Part shown: positions 38,077 through 50,685 of the stretch, in pieces
Position numbering within the stretch: the stretch's first letter is position 1
Layout: each line of letters begins with the position of its first letter
Source: Octopus bimaculoides
Lineage: Eukaryota
Direction of reading: 5' to 3'
DNA: 64,000 nucleotides
Assembly (NCBI RefSeq): GCF_001194135.2
Contig: NC_068989.1
Span: forward strand, 8,613,880-8,677,879
The notes under the pieces: model-generated
What the model was told of the DNA's origin: nothing
Seen by the model: the letters and a program-made list of their open reading frames with translations, nothing else
Database searches by the model: none
Translations under genes and position numbers: made by a program

Positions 38077-38172
38077 TGTTTTGCTCAAGAATATTAAGCA
38101 TCGACCAGTCTGGGAATCGAAACCACAATATTCTGATAGTGAATACAACATCCTAGCAAATAAGCCACGGGC
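38077..38172 (-). mobile_element. tRNA-derived SINE head, degenerate
   Basis: tgttttgctcaagaa...gggaatcgaaaccacaatattctgatagtgaatacaacatcctagcaaataagccacg is the reverse complement of an A-box/B-box head. Confidence 0.65.
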
Positions 38173-38478
38173 TTTCACTAGAACCTCTAACAGAATGTTT
38201 TGTTTTCTTTTGGCTTTTCGCATATAAGTGTTGGGTTGTCACAAGAACATAGAGTGGACTGTCACACATTTCCTGTGCAAGTTACTAAAACTAATTTTGC
38301 CGCTGTAGACGAGCGTTAAATCAATGTTGGTACGATGTCCAAATAGCATTTAGGTGTTGGTGACCTAGTGGTTAAGATGTTTGTTCTCACAATGGTTAGG
38401 TCTTGACAGTACACTCGTTTGAAAATGAATATTATTTGGTATAGGGTGTTCACTTTGGAACGGATTGCTGTCTCGTTC

Positions 38479-38775
38479 ATGGGCAGTCTTGTACTCTCAA
38501 TCTAAATGCCTTGAAAATCCGAAAATATAACGGTATTATGAGCTTGTAGGCGCGAGGTAGACATGTTGATGTATTGATTGGATAATTATCATCAAACAGA
38601 CAATTATTACGATTATGTACGTTTACAAGTATTTGTAAAATGGGAAGTACTACTTGTATTACAAAGTAATTTAACATTGTAATTACTAATGGAACATAAA
38701 AAGCGTTTTTACAGGACGGAGAGCTAAACTTAATCCAATTTTCGATAAAAAAATTTCGTGGACATTGTTATTTGC
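38479..38775. repeat. Left arm of a perfect 297-bp inverted duplication
   Basis: Read base by base, it equals the reverse complement of 40467-40763. The ORF track shows an identical 66-aa translation on opposite strands. Confidence 0.95.
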
Positions 38776-39140
38776 CCATATTTGTATCTAAATTTAGATT
38801 AACACATTCAAGGAAATAAAACATTAACTACAATAATATTGTATACATTTAATAATTAAGCCTGCCTCACTAAGTACTTTAATCACATCTTTCCTAACCA
38901 TGGTTAGTCTATACATATTGTACTGAAGTCCGTAGTCTCTATAAAGTCTGCCTATTAGAGAAACGTTTTAAGCCAGATATCTACGACGTTTATTCCTATG
39001 ATCTTGTATAGTTGAGCTTAGGTTTTCTGCTCAAAATAATATCAAACACCTTTCTTTTCTTAGTTTTACTTTTTTCTGATCTATGTGGAATTATTAAACA
39101 CAAAAGGGAAGATGTATTGCATAACATTTTTCTTATATAC

Positions 39141-39204
<64 letters not shown>

Positions 39205-39498
39205 TGTTTATGCCATAAGAATTTAGAAACATGAAAAAAGCGTGAATTAGTTCGTTTTAATGCTGGAACTCGTAAAACTATGAATAATAGTGTGTAAACA
39301 TTGAGGTAAAAAGTCACTTAAGATGAAAAAAATCTCTTAGGCTGACCGTGAGACTATAAATCAACATTTTGAGTAAATACAAATAGTCTTGTTAAATTTG
39401 GAAAAGATGGCATTAATCTATTTAGTGAAATAGGCTTTTGTACTACTGTGAATGCTAGCTTTACTCTATGTAGTGGTCTGGAAATTAGTTGCGATATA

Positions 39499-40063
39499 AA
39501 CTGAACCACAAAAGAAACTTCGCACATACACTAAGTAGAAATCGGTTGTTTAACCGTTCTTTCCTAATGATAAAACGTTATTTCTTGAAACATGTTTGAC
39601 GTCACATGGTGTCATGTAATGACGGAGTGTCCTGGATCCAAAGAGATGAACTTTCATGTGACCACCATTAGCGTTGATTACCACTTCAGTTCAAATCATT
39701 AGCAATGACCAATGGATGTTGACCAGCATGGATACATCCGATGGCTTGCTCTTTCTGATTTCGTCTCAGTCTTGGTATGCTTGCTGCGTTCGAAAGACGA
39801 ATGACAGGCTGGGTGCCTTTTATACTCAATGAGACAGCGTTTTGCACATGCATCAAGCTTTTCATAAAGATGTATTCACGAAAAGTGAACGAGTTCGAAT
39901 CCTACAGGCAATCCTTGTGTTTTCAAAAAGGAGTTGTGTTGTGGGTCACTGACATCTTCCTGATGTCAACTTACCTACAAAATGAGATAAAATCCATATA
40001 ATCGCAACATCGTGTGTGAAACAAATAACTGTTACAGTGTGGCGTTTCTTTTGTAGTTCAGTA
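39499..40063 (-). mobile_element. Internally deleted Tc1-like transposon
   Basis: About 20-bp TIRs aactgaaccacaaaagaaac / tactgaactacaaaagaaac (18/20) with flanking TA. The minus strand has TATAAAAG, then (ATA)PRLRRNQKEQAIGCIHAGQ (Tc1 N-terminus MPRL..QRE.AIGML.AG) joined to VVINANGGH (Tc1 C-terminus AVI.A.GGHT.Y). Confidence 0.8.
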
Positions 40064-40466
40064 TAAATGAAAATAGATTTAATCCTTTCTGTAAGCTTAA
40101 AATGTATAAAGTATTTTAAGTAAAAAAACAAGACAAAAAAATAAAAGAACACACAAAAAAAAACAACAAATAGAATGTTAACCACTCATCAAATATTTTC
40201 TGCAATTTAATTCCTAACATTAGTAAATACATATCACCACTATCTTCAAAGGAACCTTCGTCTACCTCATTGCTGTAATGCAACTCTCGGTAATCGTGGC
40301 TTCTCAGAGAAATAAAAATTACTACGTAAATCTAATATTCTAAAGTGTAAAAAGGGCAGAGAAATCTATTTATTCATTCATGTTTTGATATAAAAAAGCA
40401 ATATATATATATTTAAATTCTGAGAACTCTAAAGAGTTTCTTACTTTAATTTCCTCTCACATCCCA

Positions 40467-40763
40467 GCAAATAACAATGTCCACGAAATTTTTTTATCGA
40501 AAATTGGATTAAGTTTAGCTCTCCGTCCTGTAAAAACGCTTTTTATGTTCCATTAGTAATTACAATGTTAAATTACTTTGTAATACAAGTAGTACTTCCC
40601 ATTTTACAAATACTTGTAAACGTACATAATCGTAATAATTGTCTGTTTGATGATAATTATCCAATCAATACATCAACATGTCTACCTCGCGCCTACAAGC
40701 TCATAATACCGTTATATTTTCGGATTTTCAAGGCATTTAGATTGAGAGTACAAGACTGCCCAT
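40467..40763. repeat. Right arm of a perfect 297-bp inverted duplication
   Basis: See 38479-38775. Confidence 0.95.
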
Positions 40764-41092
40764 CACATATTTTATGTAATTTCATTTCTAAATTAATCAT
40801 TATATGAATTTCTATCTCATTATAATGCAGCGGCGTATAGTAGCCGTTTCTCAGACAGAATAGAATATGTACGGAGATCTAATACTTCAAAGCATAAAAA
40901 TAGGCAATGGAAAATATTTTCTGTTATGGAAAAGGAGTTTATTGTTTAAATGAGAGAAGAAGCGTCTATAAAGAGTGTTTTGATTTAATTTCCTTTCACA
41001 CACCAGTGGACTACAAATACTACAGACTCAGACTTTTACTGAAATTCAATTTTTAGTCGTGTTTCTAGTAAAAACTATTCAATTGCCGAGTG

Positions 41093-41179
<87 letters not shown>

Positions 41180-41424
41180 AACATACATATACGCATACAC
41201 AAATATGAACATACATACATGCATGGATACATACATACATACAAACATACATGCACGCAAACATAAATATGTATATACATACATGCATTCATACATGCAT
41301 CCATAAATACATACATACATACAAACATACATACATGCATACATTCCTGCATGCATGCATACATACATGCATGCATGCATACATACATACATACATACAT
41401 ACATACATACATACATACATACAT
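41093..41424. repeat. Compound (CA)n/(TA)n/(CATA)n microsatellite
   Basis: Direct reading. Confidence 0.97.
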
Positions 41425-43557
41425 GACTTTTCGACAGAAATTTATTTCTGCTTTTTAATGTGACCACATCGCTAGAAATGCAGATAGGCATCTAAAGAAA
41501 CCAAGACCTCGTTGAAGATTTAATTTGAGGACAAATTCAATTTATCTGTGGCACTACGTCGCTAGGAAAAGAAGGGAAATCATAGTTCAGATTTCATTTA
41601 TTAGTCAAGTTGTTAATTTGAATAGAAATCAACATTTGTTGTTGCTTTTTAAGAAGAGATAATAGCAATACATTTTAATACTAAGCTCAATTTTAGTACA
41701 GAACATCTACAGTTACACATCTTTGGTTTCTGGGTAATAATGACGTTGGCCGCTACTTTTAGGAAGTCAAGACAACGGGCATGATTTAATGAACTGATGG
41801 TTTACTTTACTTTTCACCAATGAATATTTAGTCTTGAGCCAATATGATAAATCAATATTTGAATGCAGCAAGATAAAACTTAAATAATTCCCTATATATT
41901 TCTACAAAGGTGTTTTATTGTCTGTAAGTTCGTATAACTTGAAATAAATGTTCTCAGTATTTTCTGGAGACATCGGCTACTGTTAATGAGAGAATGTTAT
42001 TTGGATACGAATAAAGACACTTTGGCAATACAGAGACTATATAACAAACGAAGTTACATTGATAAATCTTAACGAAAGAATTAAAATGCAAAACTGATTT
42101 TCTTTGCTTTCTCTGTGCCAAATAATAAAATTTCTTATGGTCAGAAGCTAAAGACACTCATTGAAAATCAAATATTTGGAAACAGGCCATAGTGGAATAA
42201 TATAATTTGGGTTAAATTCTATATTTTAAAAATATTTGCTAAACTGTTGTATTTGCTGTCTGGGACCGTATACGGTGAAGTGATTTTTTGCTGTATGTAT
42301 TTATGAAAACGTAATGATTAGTATAATACAAAGCAAATAAGAGAACTCATATGACCTGTTAACATGACGTCACAATCAATGAAATTCATACGCCATATAA
42401 ACTGACAACATATGTCAGGTTAACAAGTCATAACCCAAAGATAAAAGTCACTGATATTATGCTAACTGGGTGATGTTTTTCTGTTACTACATGCACTAGA
42501 ACACGTCAAATTCGGCTATTTATAATCCGGTTTCTGCAATGTCATCGATGTAAAATTTCGTATGAGAGTGAAAAATTGCTTTTGTGCGTATTGGGTGTGC
42601 AGTGTTTCGTTTCCTCTTTTATAATTTTGTTGCTTTTTTGCACAAAGATTTCTCCAGTAAATAGAATGCTTCTTATTGGAAAAAGCAGTAACATTATAGG
42701 ATATCCACAGACAGTAAGACCCAACCCCACAGGCAAACGCTTAACTATTACTTTTATGCAAAATTCTGGTTGCGTTATTTTAATTATACAAATTAGGGAG
42801 TTATTTTAACTCCATGGAAAGACAGCTAACGAGGAGTTTGAAGTTGTTATTTATGTGATAGCAACACACATGTATAATAATATTCCATTATTGATGCACA
42901 CGTCAGTAGCTGATGGACATATGTTTACTAACTGGTCAATCGATTCTCTAAATTGTAGCAGTTCTGATTTCAAATTTTATTAGAATTGATAAAATAGCTG
43001 GCGATTCAATGTAATGGTGTCTGTTCAAATGTTTAATTTTATCAGACGCCTTTTATTTCTGTTTGGTCTGCATAGAAATATTTGAATCCTCTTATCTTCT
43101 GCTATAAATCTGCTCTATCAGAAATAACTAATGCTAACAAACAGTAGAAACAGGAGTCTGAAATAAAGAGAAACACACTATCAGTCAATATTTATACTGC
43201 ATATACCATATCCAATTAACGAAAAATTCATAGGAATATTTGAAGATAATAAGAAGAATGTTGGCGTGTTTTCTCATAATACTTGCAATTGTATCGTCTA
43301 CAAAATAAACCATTCTTTGATCATGAAGCAAACTTTCTGAGAAACTGCCAAATTGTATCGTACTTTATTCTCCATATCTCCCGTTGTCTTTTTCATGTTA
43401 TGGAGATGAGATACAGAGAAAGAAATGCAGGAAGGGGGAGAGAGGGGGATAGAGAGAGACTTAGAGTAAATAAGGAACCGAGCATATAGCTAGAAAGTGA
43501 TAGAGATAAAGAGAAAAATTGTTATATATGTGGGCGTGAATATAAGTATATACACAC

Positions 43558-43573
43558 ATACACACAGACAGAC

Positions 43574-43656
<83 letters not shown>

Positions 43657-43665
43657 AACGTAGAT

Positions 43666-43736
<71 letters not shown>
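43558..43736. repeat. (GACA)n/(GATA)n microsatellite
   Basis: Direct reading. Confidence 0.98.
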
Positions 43737-44024
43737 AGTGCATTTGTTGTGGTGGTGTATTAGTGTGTTTTATGTGTTGTGCGATGAGGTAGAATGGTAC
43801 AAGTCGATTCACTTATGCCGCTAACTCTCCTCAATTAGGCACGAACTTCATAAATCATGTCTCATCTAACAAAGACCATACGCCAAATTTAGAAATAAAT
43901 ATTCTTTTAGATAACCATTCTAGCCAGTTGTAACACTAATGTTGCTAATAACTTTGGAAAATATATTTCCTTACCATTCTTCGAATAGGTGACTTGCATC
44001 TGGCACTAATCATCATAAACGCAG

Positions 44025-44180
44025 ACATGACTATATGGTTAAGTAGACAGCATGCAACCACGCGTCTTCGGGTTCAGTTCTTCAAGGTGATACTTTGGTT
44101 AAGCGTTTTCAACAATAGTCACACGCCGAGTAATGTGCTGTGTGTGCATTTGGCAGACGGAAACTTTTGAAAATCTGCCA
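44025..44180 (+). mobile_element. Degenerate SINE family B
   Basis: tggttaagtag...tcttcgggttcagttc...tactttggttaagcgttttc..aatagtc...gtgcatttggcagacggaaact. Confidence 0.6.
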
Positions 44181-44321
44181 TACATATATATTGAAGAGCG
44201 TAAACTCGAAATGTAAAAGACTTTCTCACTTTCTCGAGTGTCAAACTTATACACATATTTGTTGTTCATACACTTGTCTTCGTCTTTTGTGTTTCTGTAA
44301 ATTTCAACTATATGTATATAA

Positions 44322-44764
44322 CCTGTTCGAAGGTTATAATGGACACAGGTACGTGTGTTCCATAGGTAGCTAGAGGCGATGGCCTCTTGGGGCTAATCAA
44401 CGGCAGCATTGTCCTGTTTTTTGGGGATTGCTATGTTAGCTTGGCGAAAACTATTAATATCCAGTAACTTTGCCGTAGTCTCCTTTAGAGCGACTTAGAA
44501 ATATTACTATTTCTATTTTTAAAAAACAATGGATGTATTCCACTGAATTCAGGTAAATAATCCTTCGTACAGACGGTCAGTAGCGACGCCTGCTGGGTTC
44601 GGCTGCTGTACATTCATAAGAGGCAATTACCCTGAAACTAGTCGGTAGATGCCAGACCAGTAAGGGGAAGCGGATAACCTCCCCTGTTCGGAGGTTAGAA
44701 TGGACACAGGTTCGTGTGTCACATAGCTAGCTAGTGGCAATGGCCTCTTGGAGCTAATCAACGG
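44322..44764 (+). repeat. Imperfect 82-bp direct repeat with 361-bp period
   Basis: 44322-44403 vs 44683-44764: 9 mismatches in 82 bp by manual alignment. Confidence 0.9.
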
Positions 44765-44812
44765 ACTTATTTTCTCTCCGAGGTGATTTTTAATCTAATA
44801 TTTACGACCTAT

Positions 44813-45243
44813 AAGGCGGCGAGCTGGCAGAAACGTTAGCACGCCGGGCGAAATGTTTATCGGTATTTCGTCTGCCGTTACGTTCTGAGTTCGAATTCCG
44901 CCGAGGTCGACTTTGCCTTTCATCCTTTCTGGGTCGATAAATTAAGTACCAGTTATGCACTGGCGTCGATATAATCGACTCAATCCGTTTGTCTATCCTT
45001 GTTTGTCCTCTCTGTGTGTAACCCCTTGTGGGCATTAAAGAAATAAGAAACGTTAGCACGCCGGTGCGAAATGTCTAGCGGTATTTCGTCTGTCTTTACG
45101 TTCTGAGTTCAAATTCCGCCGAGGTCGACTTTGCTTTTCATCCTTTCGGGATCGATAAATTAAGTACCAGTTGTGTACTGGATCGATCTTATCGACTGGC
45201 CCCTTCCCCCAAAATTTCAGGCCTCGTGCCTAGAGTAGAAAAG
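44813..45243 (+). mobile_element. Dimeric SINE family A (two head-to-tail units with different tails) flanked by a 16-bp direct repeat
   Basis: Unit 1 (about 44813-45045) and unit 2 (about 45046-45243) share head and core. AATATTTACGACCTAT occurs at 44797-44812 and 45244-45259. Confidence 0.9.
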
Positions 45244-46681
45244 AATATTTACGACCTATTTATAAACTCTCATACACACAGCTGTATACGTGTGTGTGTG
45301 AGTGCAAATACATATTTTTTTAATACTGATATACCCGTGTATGTGTGCTTGTGAATCATTCATGTCCTTGTAGTGAGTGAGTGTGTTTGCGTTTGGATGT
45401 GTTGAAAGATTTTATATTATCTATACGACTTTCTATTTTCGGTGTCCAGCGGTTGATCATTTGCATATTTTTTTTTTTTTTTTCTCCGATACTGAATAAG
45501 AAGCGTAAATTGAAGCACACTTTTTTACTAAATTACATGTGATATACTTTCCGAAGTTCAGCGAGTTTAATGCAATATCACAGCTACAATACGATTAAGT
45601 ATCCGTGTTTTCTTCGCTGTCGTTGTTGTTTTGTACATGATTATAGAGTAGATATTTCATTTTTTCTTGTAAGTAATCGTTACATGAAATATAGATATGT
45701 GTTCGCTTGACAACATGCTGGAAAGTGTTCCTCTGAAAAAGAAAAGTATCTTCGTAATGTTTTCGTTTGTATTTTTAGAATCATTTTAGAGCTTTAGATG
45801 TCTAGCTTCGATGTCAAATAGTTTTTAATCCATTTACATTTTCAGTATATTTAGTATTTCGGCATTTTTTAACTGAAATACTTTAAGAACGCTTTTTTAT
45901 GATTTTTAGAACGAGGTTTCTGTTAATGATATCATATTCAGTTGGAGTAATGGAGAAACTGAATCTTTGAATAAATATTAAAGTGGCAGGGTATATAGCG
46001 CCGTCCCTGTGTGTACTGAGTTTAAGTCTCATCTGTTTTACAATCACAGCTTACTCATAAAGAGTTGATAAAATACATCCTACTTCACCAGAGGTGCTCT
46101 CTTTACGTAAAATATTTATATCAGGTGGATGGCTGATCTCCATAATAATGCATTGTTACTGTTACTGATCACATAAAACACTAGCACGTCTATTATGGTT
46201 GTATCAGATTGCTTATTAAATAGATATTTTGAAACGATTATGAGTATATATCTTTATATTTATTGGTTACTAATCTGAATAAGAACAGCAAGAACCGGGC
46301 AACGCCAGGTCATTCAGCTAGTATACTATATACAACCAAAAACAACATACATACAAACTTCTATATACATATTTGTCTATATTCACATACATACAAACAA
46401 GTACTATTTGTATAGATGTAGATTGTTATGTGAACCAAGGTTATCTTAACCCACACAAAAAGTGCAGAATTCAACAGTCATTAACTAGACTAGAACAACA
46501 CCCTGGTAATTTTCCAGTTTGGGGCACATTCCTATTCTTGCTTAACTTTATCGGAATTATCGGGATAATCGTTCTCATGGATAGCCATGTAAATAACTTT
46601 AACAAAAATATCAGTTTTTTTTTTTAATTGGAGGGGCTATTGATGATTAAGTAATATAAAACTGTCCTGAAATAAGCTTAG

Positions 46682-47175
46682 AAACACCAACGCAAGGAAT
46701 ACTGGTGGATTATTCCCATCAAAACGTCTGTTCGATGTAAAGATAAGAGGCCGGATATTGTTGTTTGGGACAGAGGGGCAAATATATGTACCATCATAGA
46801 GGTTAGCTGCTCTACAGATATAAATATCTCTTTGAAGATCAAAGAAAAAGAAGGTATCTATGGACAACTGCTTCGAGCCCTCCAGCTTCTATATCCAGAC
46901 TATGAATTCATATTTATACCAATAATAATTGCAGCACAAGGTTTTGTTAGTAAATGCTTAAAGGAGAATCTGGATAAACTGGGATTTTCAGAAAGAGAAA
47001 TTGACTGGATGATTCGTACAAGTGCAATCTGTAAGTGGAACAGTAAAGATATGCAAGACTTTAATCAAGTTCCAAATGTGAATTTGTTGTGTTAACTTTA
47101 TCCCAAAGATGGAGCCTTGTATCTTTGTTGGAAACCGGCTGCCTCCTCAGTGGAAGATTTATAATAAGAAAAAAA
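46682..47175 (+). pseudogene. 3' end of an RLE-type non-LTR retrotransposon (R4/Dong/NeSL-like): restriction-like endonuclease domain + 3' UTR
   Basis: Open frame KHQRKEYWWIIPIKTSVRCKDKRPDIVVWDRGANICTIIEVSCSTDINISLKIKEKEGIYGQLLRALQLLYPDYEFIFIPIIIAAQGFVSKCLKENLDKLGF. After a frameshift: VQSVSGTVKICKTLIKFQM* (stop 47079-47081). It has the RPD..E..K PD-(D/E)xK signature. Confidence 0.85.
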
Positions 47176-47328
47176 TAGATCTGATATATACTTACATATA
47201 TACACACATACATACAAACGAACATAAACATAGTCACTTTATCGTAATTCATTCTTTTATTAACACGAACTTCTACCAGTTAATATTTACTTATCTCTCT
47301 TCCCTCCCTCTATTTCTCTCTCTCTCTC

Positions 47329-47330
<2 letters not shown>

Positions 47331-47370
<40 letters not shown>

Positions 47371-47648
47371 NNNNNNNNNNNNNNNNNNNNNNNNNNNNNN
47401 NNNNNNNNNNNNNNNNNNNNNNNNNNNNNNNNNNNNNNNNNNNNNNNNNNNNNNNNNNNNNNNNNNNNNNNNNNNNNNNNNNNNNNNNNNNNNNNNNNNN
47501 NNNNNNNNNNNNNNNNNNNNNNNNNNNNNNNNNNNNNNNNNNNNNNNNNNNNNNNNNNNNNNNNNNNNNNNNNNNNNNNNNNNNNNNNNNNNNNNNNNNN
47601 NNNNNNNNNNNNNNNNNNNNNNNNNNNNNNNNNNNNNNNNNNNNNNNN

Positions 47649-47697
<49 letters not shown>
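47331..47697. repeat. (TA)n + assembly gap (47371-47648) + (TA)n
   Basis: Direct reading. Confidence 0.98.
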
Positions 47698-47702
<5 letters not shown>

Positions 47703-47810
47703 GCTTACGTGTACATATTTATAAATCTGTAGACGTATGAAGAGTGAGTCAAGCAAAGATAGATAGATTGATAGATAGATAAATATATGGATAGATGGTG
47801 GGTGGGCGAT

Positions 47811-47857
<47 letters not shown>

Positions 47858-48775
47858 GTACTTGCGAGTTAGTTTAGGTAGTTAAGCTTATCATGTAGAA
47901 GTAAGCACGTCCGTGTGGCTGGTAAAATGTATGTAAGTATTCGGTCATTCTGAATATTCGTACATTACTGCATCAGGTTACAGATAAAGCTATTTTCAGT
48001 TCTCTTCAATTTGATCTCATCCCAAGTGGTTTCAGTATGAACGTAGCCATAATATGATGAAAACAGGTCTTTTAATAATATCTACGCGTTATATTTCTCA
48101 GATTATATACTTCAGTTGTCATTGTAGGTTAAAACTGAAGAAATAGATGTAACTAGGCATAGATCAGGTTATGTAAATAAATGTACACTTTGGTTTGCTA
48201 TGCGACAAAACGACAGTCGCAGCGAAAATCCAACATCATTATTCCCTCCAGGAATAAAGATGTTGTATTCTAGCTTGCATGTGTGTTTGTATGTATGTTT
48301 AATATGTGGGCTGGCGTTCAAAATGTACCTGCGTATTTATGCGTATATGCCCCTCCATGCTGATTGTATATTTATGTACAACTTTGTGTATACAGATGAT
48401 GGTCTACCCGTCATCGACTGTACATATATAGTTATGCTTCTCTGAATTTGTTTACGTAAACAGCCATAGTTCCTAACTTTCTATGATCTAATAACTGGAA
48501 TGCCGAATCTCCTATTCCTGCCTTTAACATTCCAATTGGAAAAAAACCCGATTTCGTGTCCGCGCAACATGCATGAATATAAATAGGTATGTGAATATGT
48601 ACCACCATATATGTTATCGCGAGACTTACATTTCTTGCCATCTTCATATTTCAGTATATTATCTCTCCAAACATGCATTTGTTTTCATCAACATTAGCTC
48701 TTCGCTAAATGGCTTTATTCAGACTATGTATCTACATTAGGCCAGTGAAATATTTCTTTCCATTATGTATGCGAA

Positions 48776-48778
<3 letters not shown>

Positions 48779-48849
<71 letters not shown>

Positions 48850-49115
48850 NNNNNNNNNNNNNNNNNNNNNNNNNNNNNNNNNNNNNNNNNNNNNNNNNNN
48901 NNNNNNNNNNNNNNNNNNNNNNNNNNNNNNNNNNNNNNNNNNNNNNNNNNNNNNNNNNNNNNNNNNNNNNNNNNNNNNNNNNNNNNNNNNNNNNNNNNNN
49001 NNNNNNNNNNNNNNNNNNNNNNNNNNNNNNNNNNNNNNNNNNNNNNNNNNNNNNNNNNNNNNNNNNNNNNNNNNNNNNNNNNNNNNNNNNNNNNNNNNNN
49101 NNNNNNNNNNNNNNN

Positions 49116-49162
<47 letters not shown>
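48779..49162. repeat. (TG)n + assembly gap (48850-49115) + (TA)n
   Basis: Direct reading. Confidence 0.98.
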
Positions 49163-49578
49163 GCACACATATACACCCACATATATGTCTGTATGCATGT
49201 ATGTATTATGTGCTTAAATGTATGCATGTATATATGCACGTTTGTCTTGAACACATGCAAGAAAGTAAAATTTCATATGTATGTCAGAAAAATATTTATA
49301 TATTTTTCTTGGATATGTATTCATAAATAAGCATTGTGCTTTAATGAATAATTGTATGCATTTATGCGAATAGGTGCAAGTGTGAAACAGCGACAATACT
49401 GTATGTTTGACGGGTGTCAATAAACACAACTCGACGAAGATATTGTAAAGTATCAAGCGATATATAATACGAGGATGGTGTGATAAAGGATATGTTGTGT
49501 GAAGAATAAAAAATGGTAATTGATCAGGTGAGCCAAAACAATAAACGCTATTCAAAAGCAAATTATCGAAAACTGAAT

Positions 49579-49581
<3 letters not shown>

Positions 49582-49638
<57 letters not shown>

Positions 49639-50148
49639 NNNNNNNNNNNNNNNNNNNNNNNNNNNNNNNNNNNNNNNNNNNNNNNNNNNNNNNNNNNNNN
49701 NNNNNNNNNNNNNNNNNNNNNNNNNNNNNNNNNNNNNNNNNNNNNNNNNNNNNNNNNNNNNNNNNNNNNNNNNNNNNNNNNNNNNNNNNNNNNNNNNNNN
49801 NNNNNNNNNNNNNNNNNNNNNNNNNNNNNNNNNNNNNNNNNNNNNNNNNNNNNNNNNNNNNNNNNNNNNNNNNNNNNNNNNNNNNNNNNNNNNNNNNNNN
49901 NNNNNNNNNNNNNNNNNNNNNNNNNNNNNNNNNNNNNNNNNNNNNNNNNNNNNNNNNNNNNNNNNNNNNNNNNNNNNNNNNNNNNNNNNNNNNNNNNNNN
50001 NNNNNNNNNNNNNNNNNNNNNNNNNNNNNNNNNNNNNNNNNNNNNNNNNNNNNNNNNNNNNNNNNNNNNNNNNNNNNNNNNNNNNNNNNNNNNNNNNNNN
50101 NNNNNNNNNNNNNNNNNNNNNNNNNNNNNNNNNNTATATATATATATG

Positions 50149-50212
<64 letters not shown>
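49582..50212. repeat. (TC)n + assembly gap (49639-50134) + TA/TG repeats
   Basis: Direct reading. Confidence 0.98.
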
Positions 50213-50214
<2 letters not shown>

Positions 50215-50556
50215 TATAGATATAGAGTTAACCGGAACAATAAGCATAGAAATATATCATAACAACGACCTCGTTGTCCGGACTACTTTCACCGTGCGAG
50301 ACATTTCTATTATTCACTAAAATACTTTATTTTGAATAATATTGAAAATCAAAATTTTAGTTTTTTTCTGTTACATCTGGAAAACTTTGAGAATTAGATT
50401 AGACATTAAAGAAATTTAAAATAAAGATTCGAGAAATATCAGAACCCACCCAGAGAGATGAAGAGATTGTAGAAGACACATGTGGCAATTGTTTTTGTTG
50501 TAATTGTTGCATTTGGCACAATATCTTATCGCTATATCTTATCACTATGTTGCGCA

Positions 50557-50685
50557 CATACGGTTGTGATGCATGTGCCTGGTGTACCTTCATCAAACGA
50601 GTAGTCATGATGGGTATACTGGGATTGGATATACTGTCATGATGGGTATACTGTCACTTTGATGGCATGCACTGCTCTCTCACTC

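Noticed and set aside
48481-48700. Minus-strand GTAAGT donor with upstream MHVWRDNILKYEDGKK
   Set aside because: Stops lie immediately upstream in that frame and there is no suitable acceptor.
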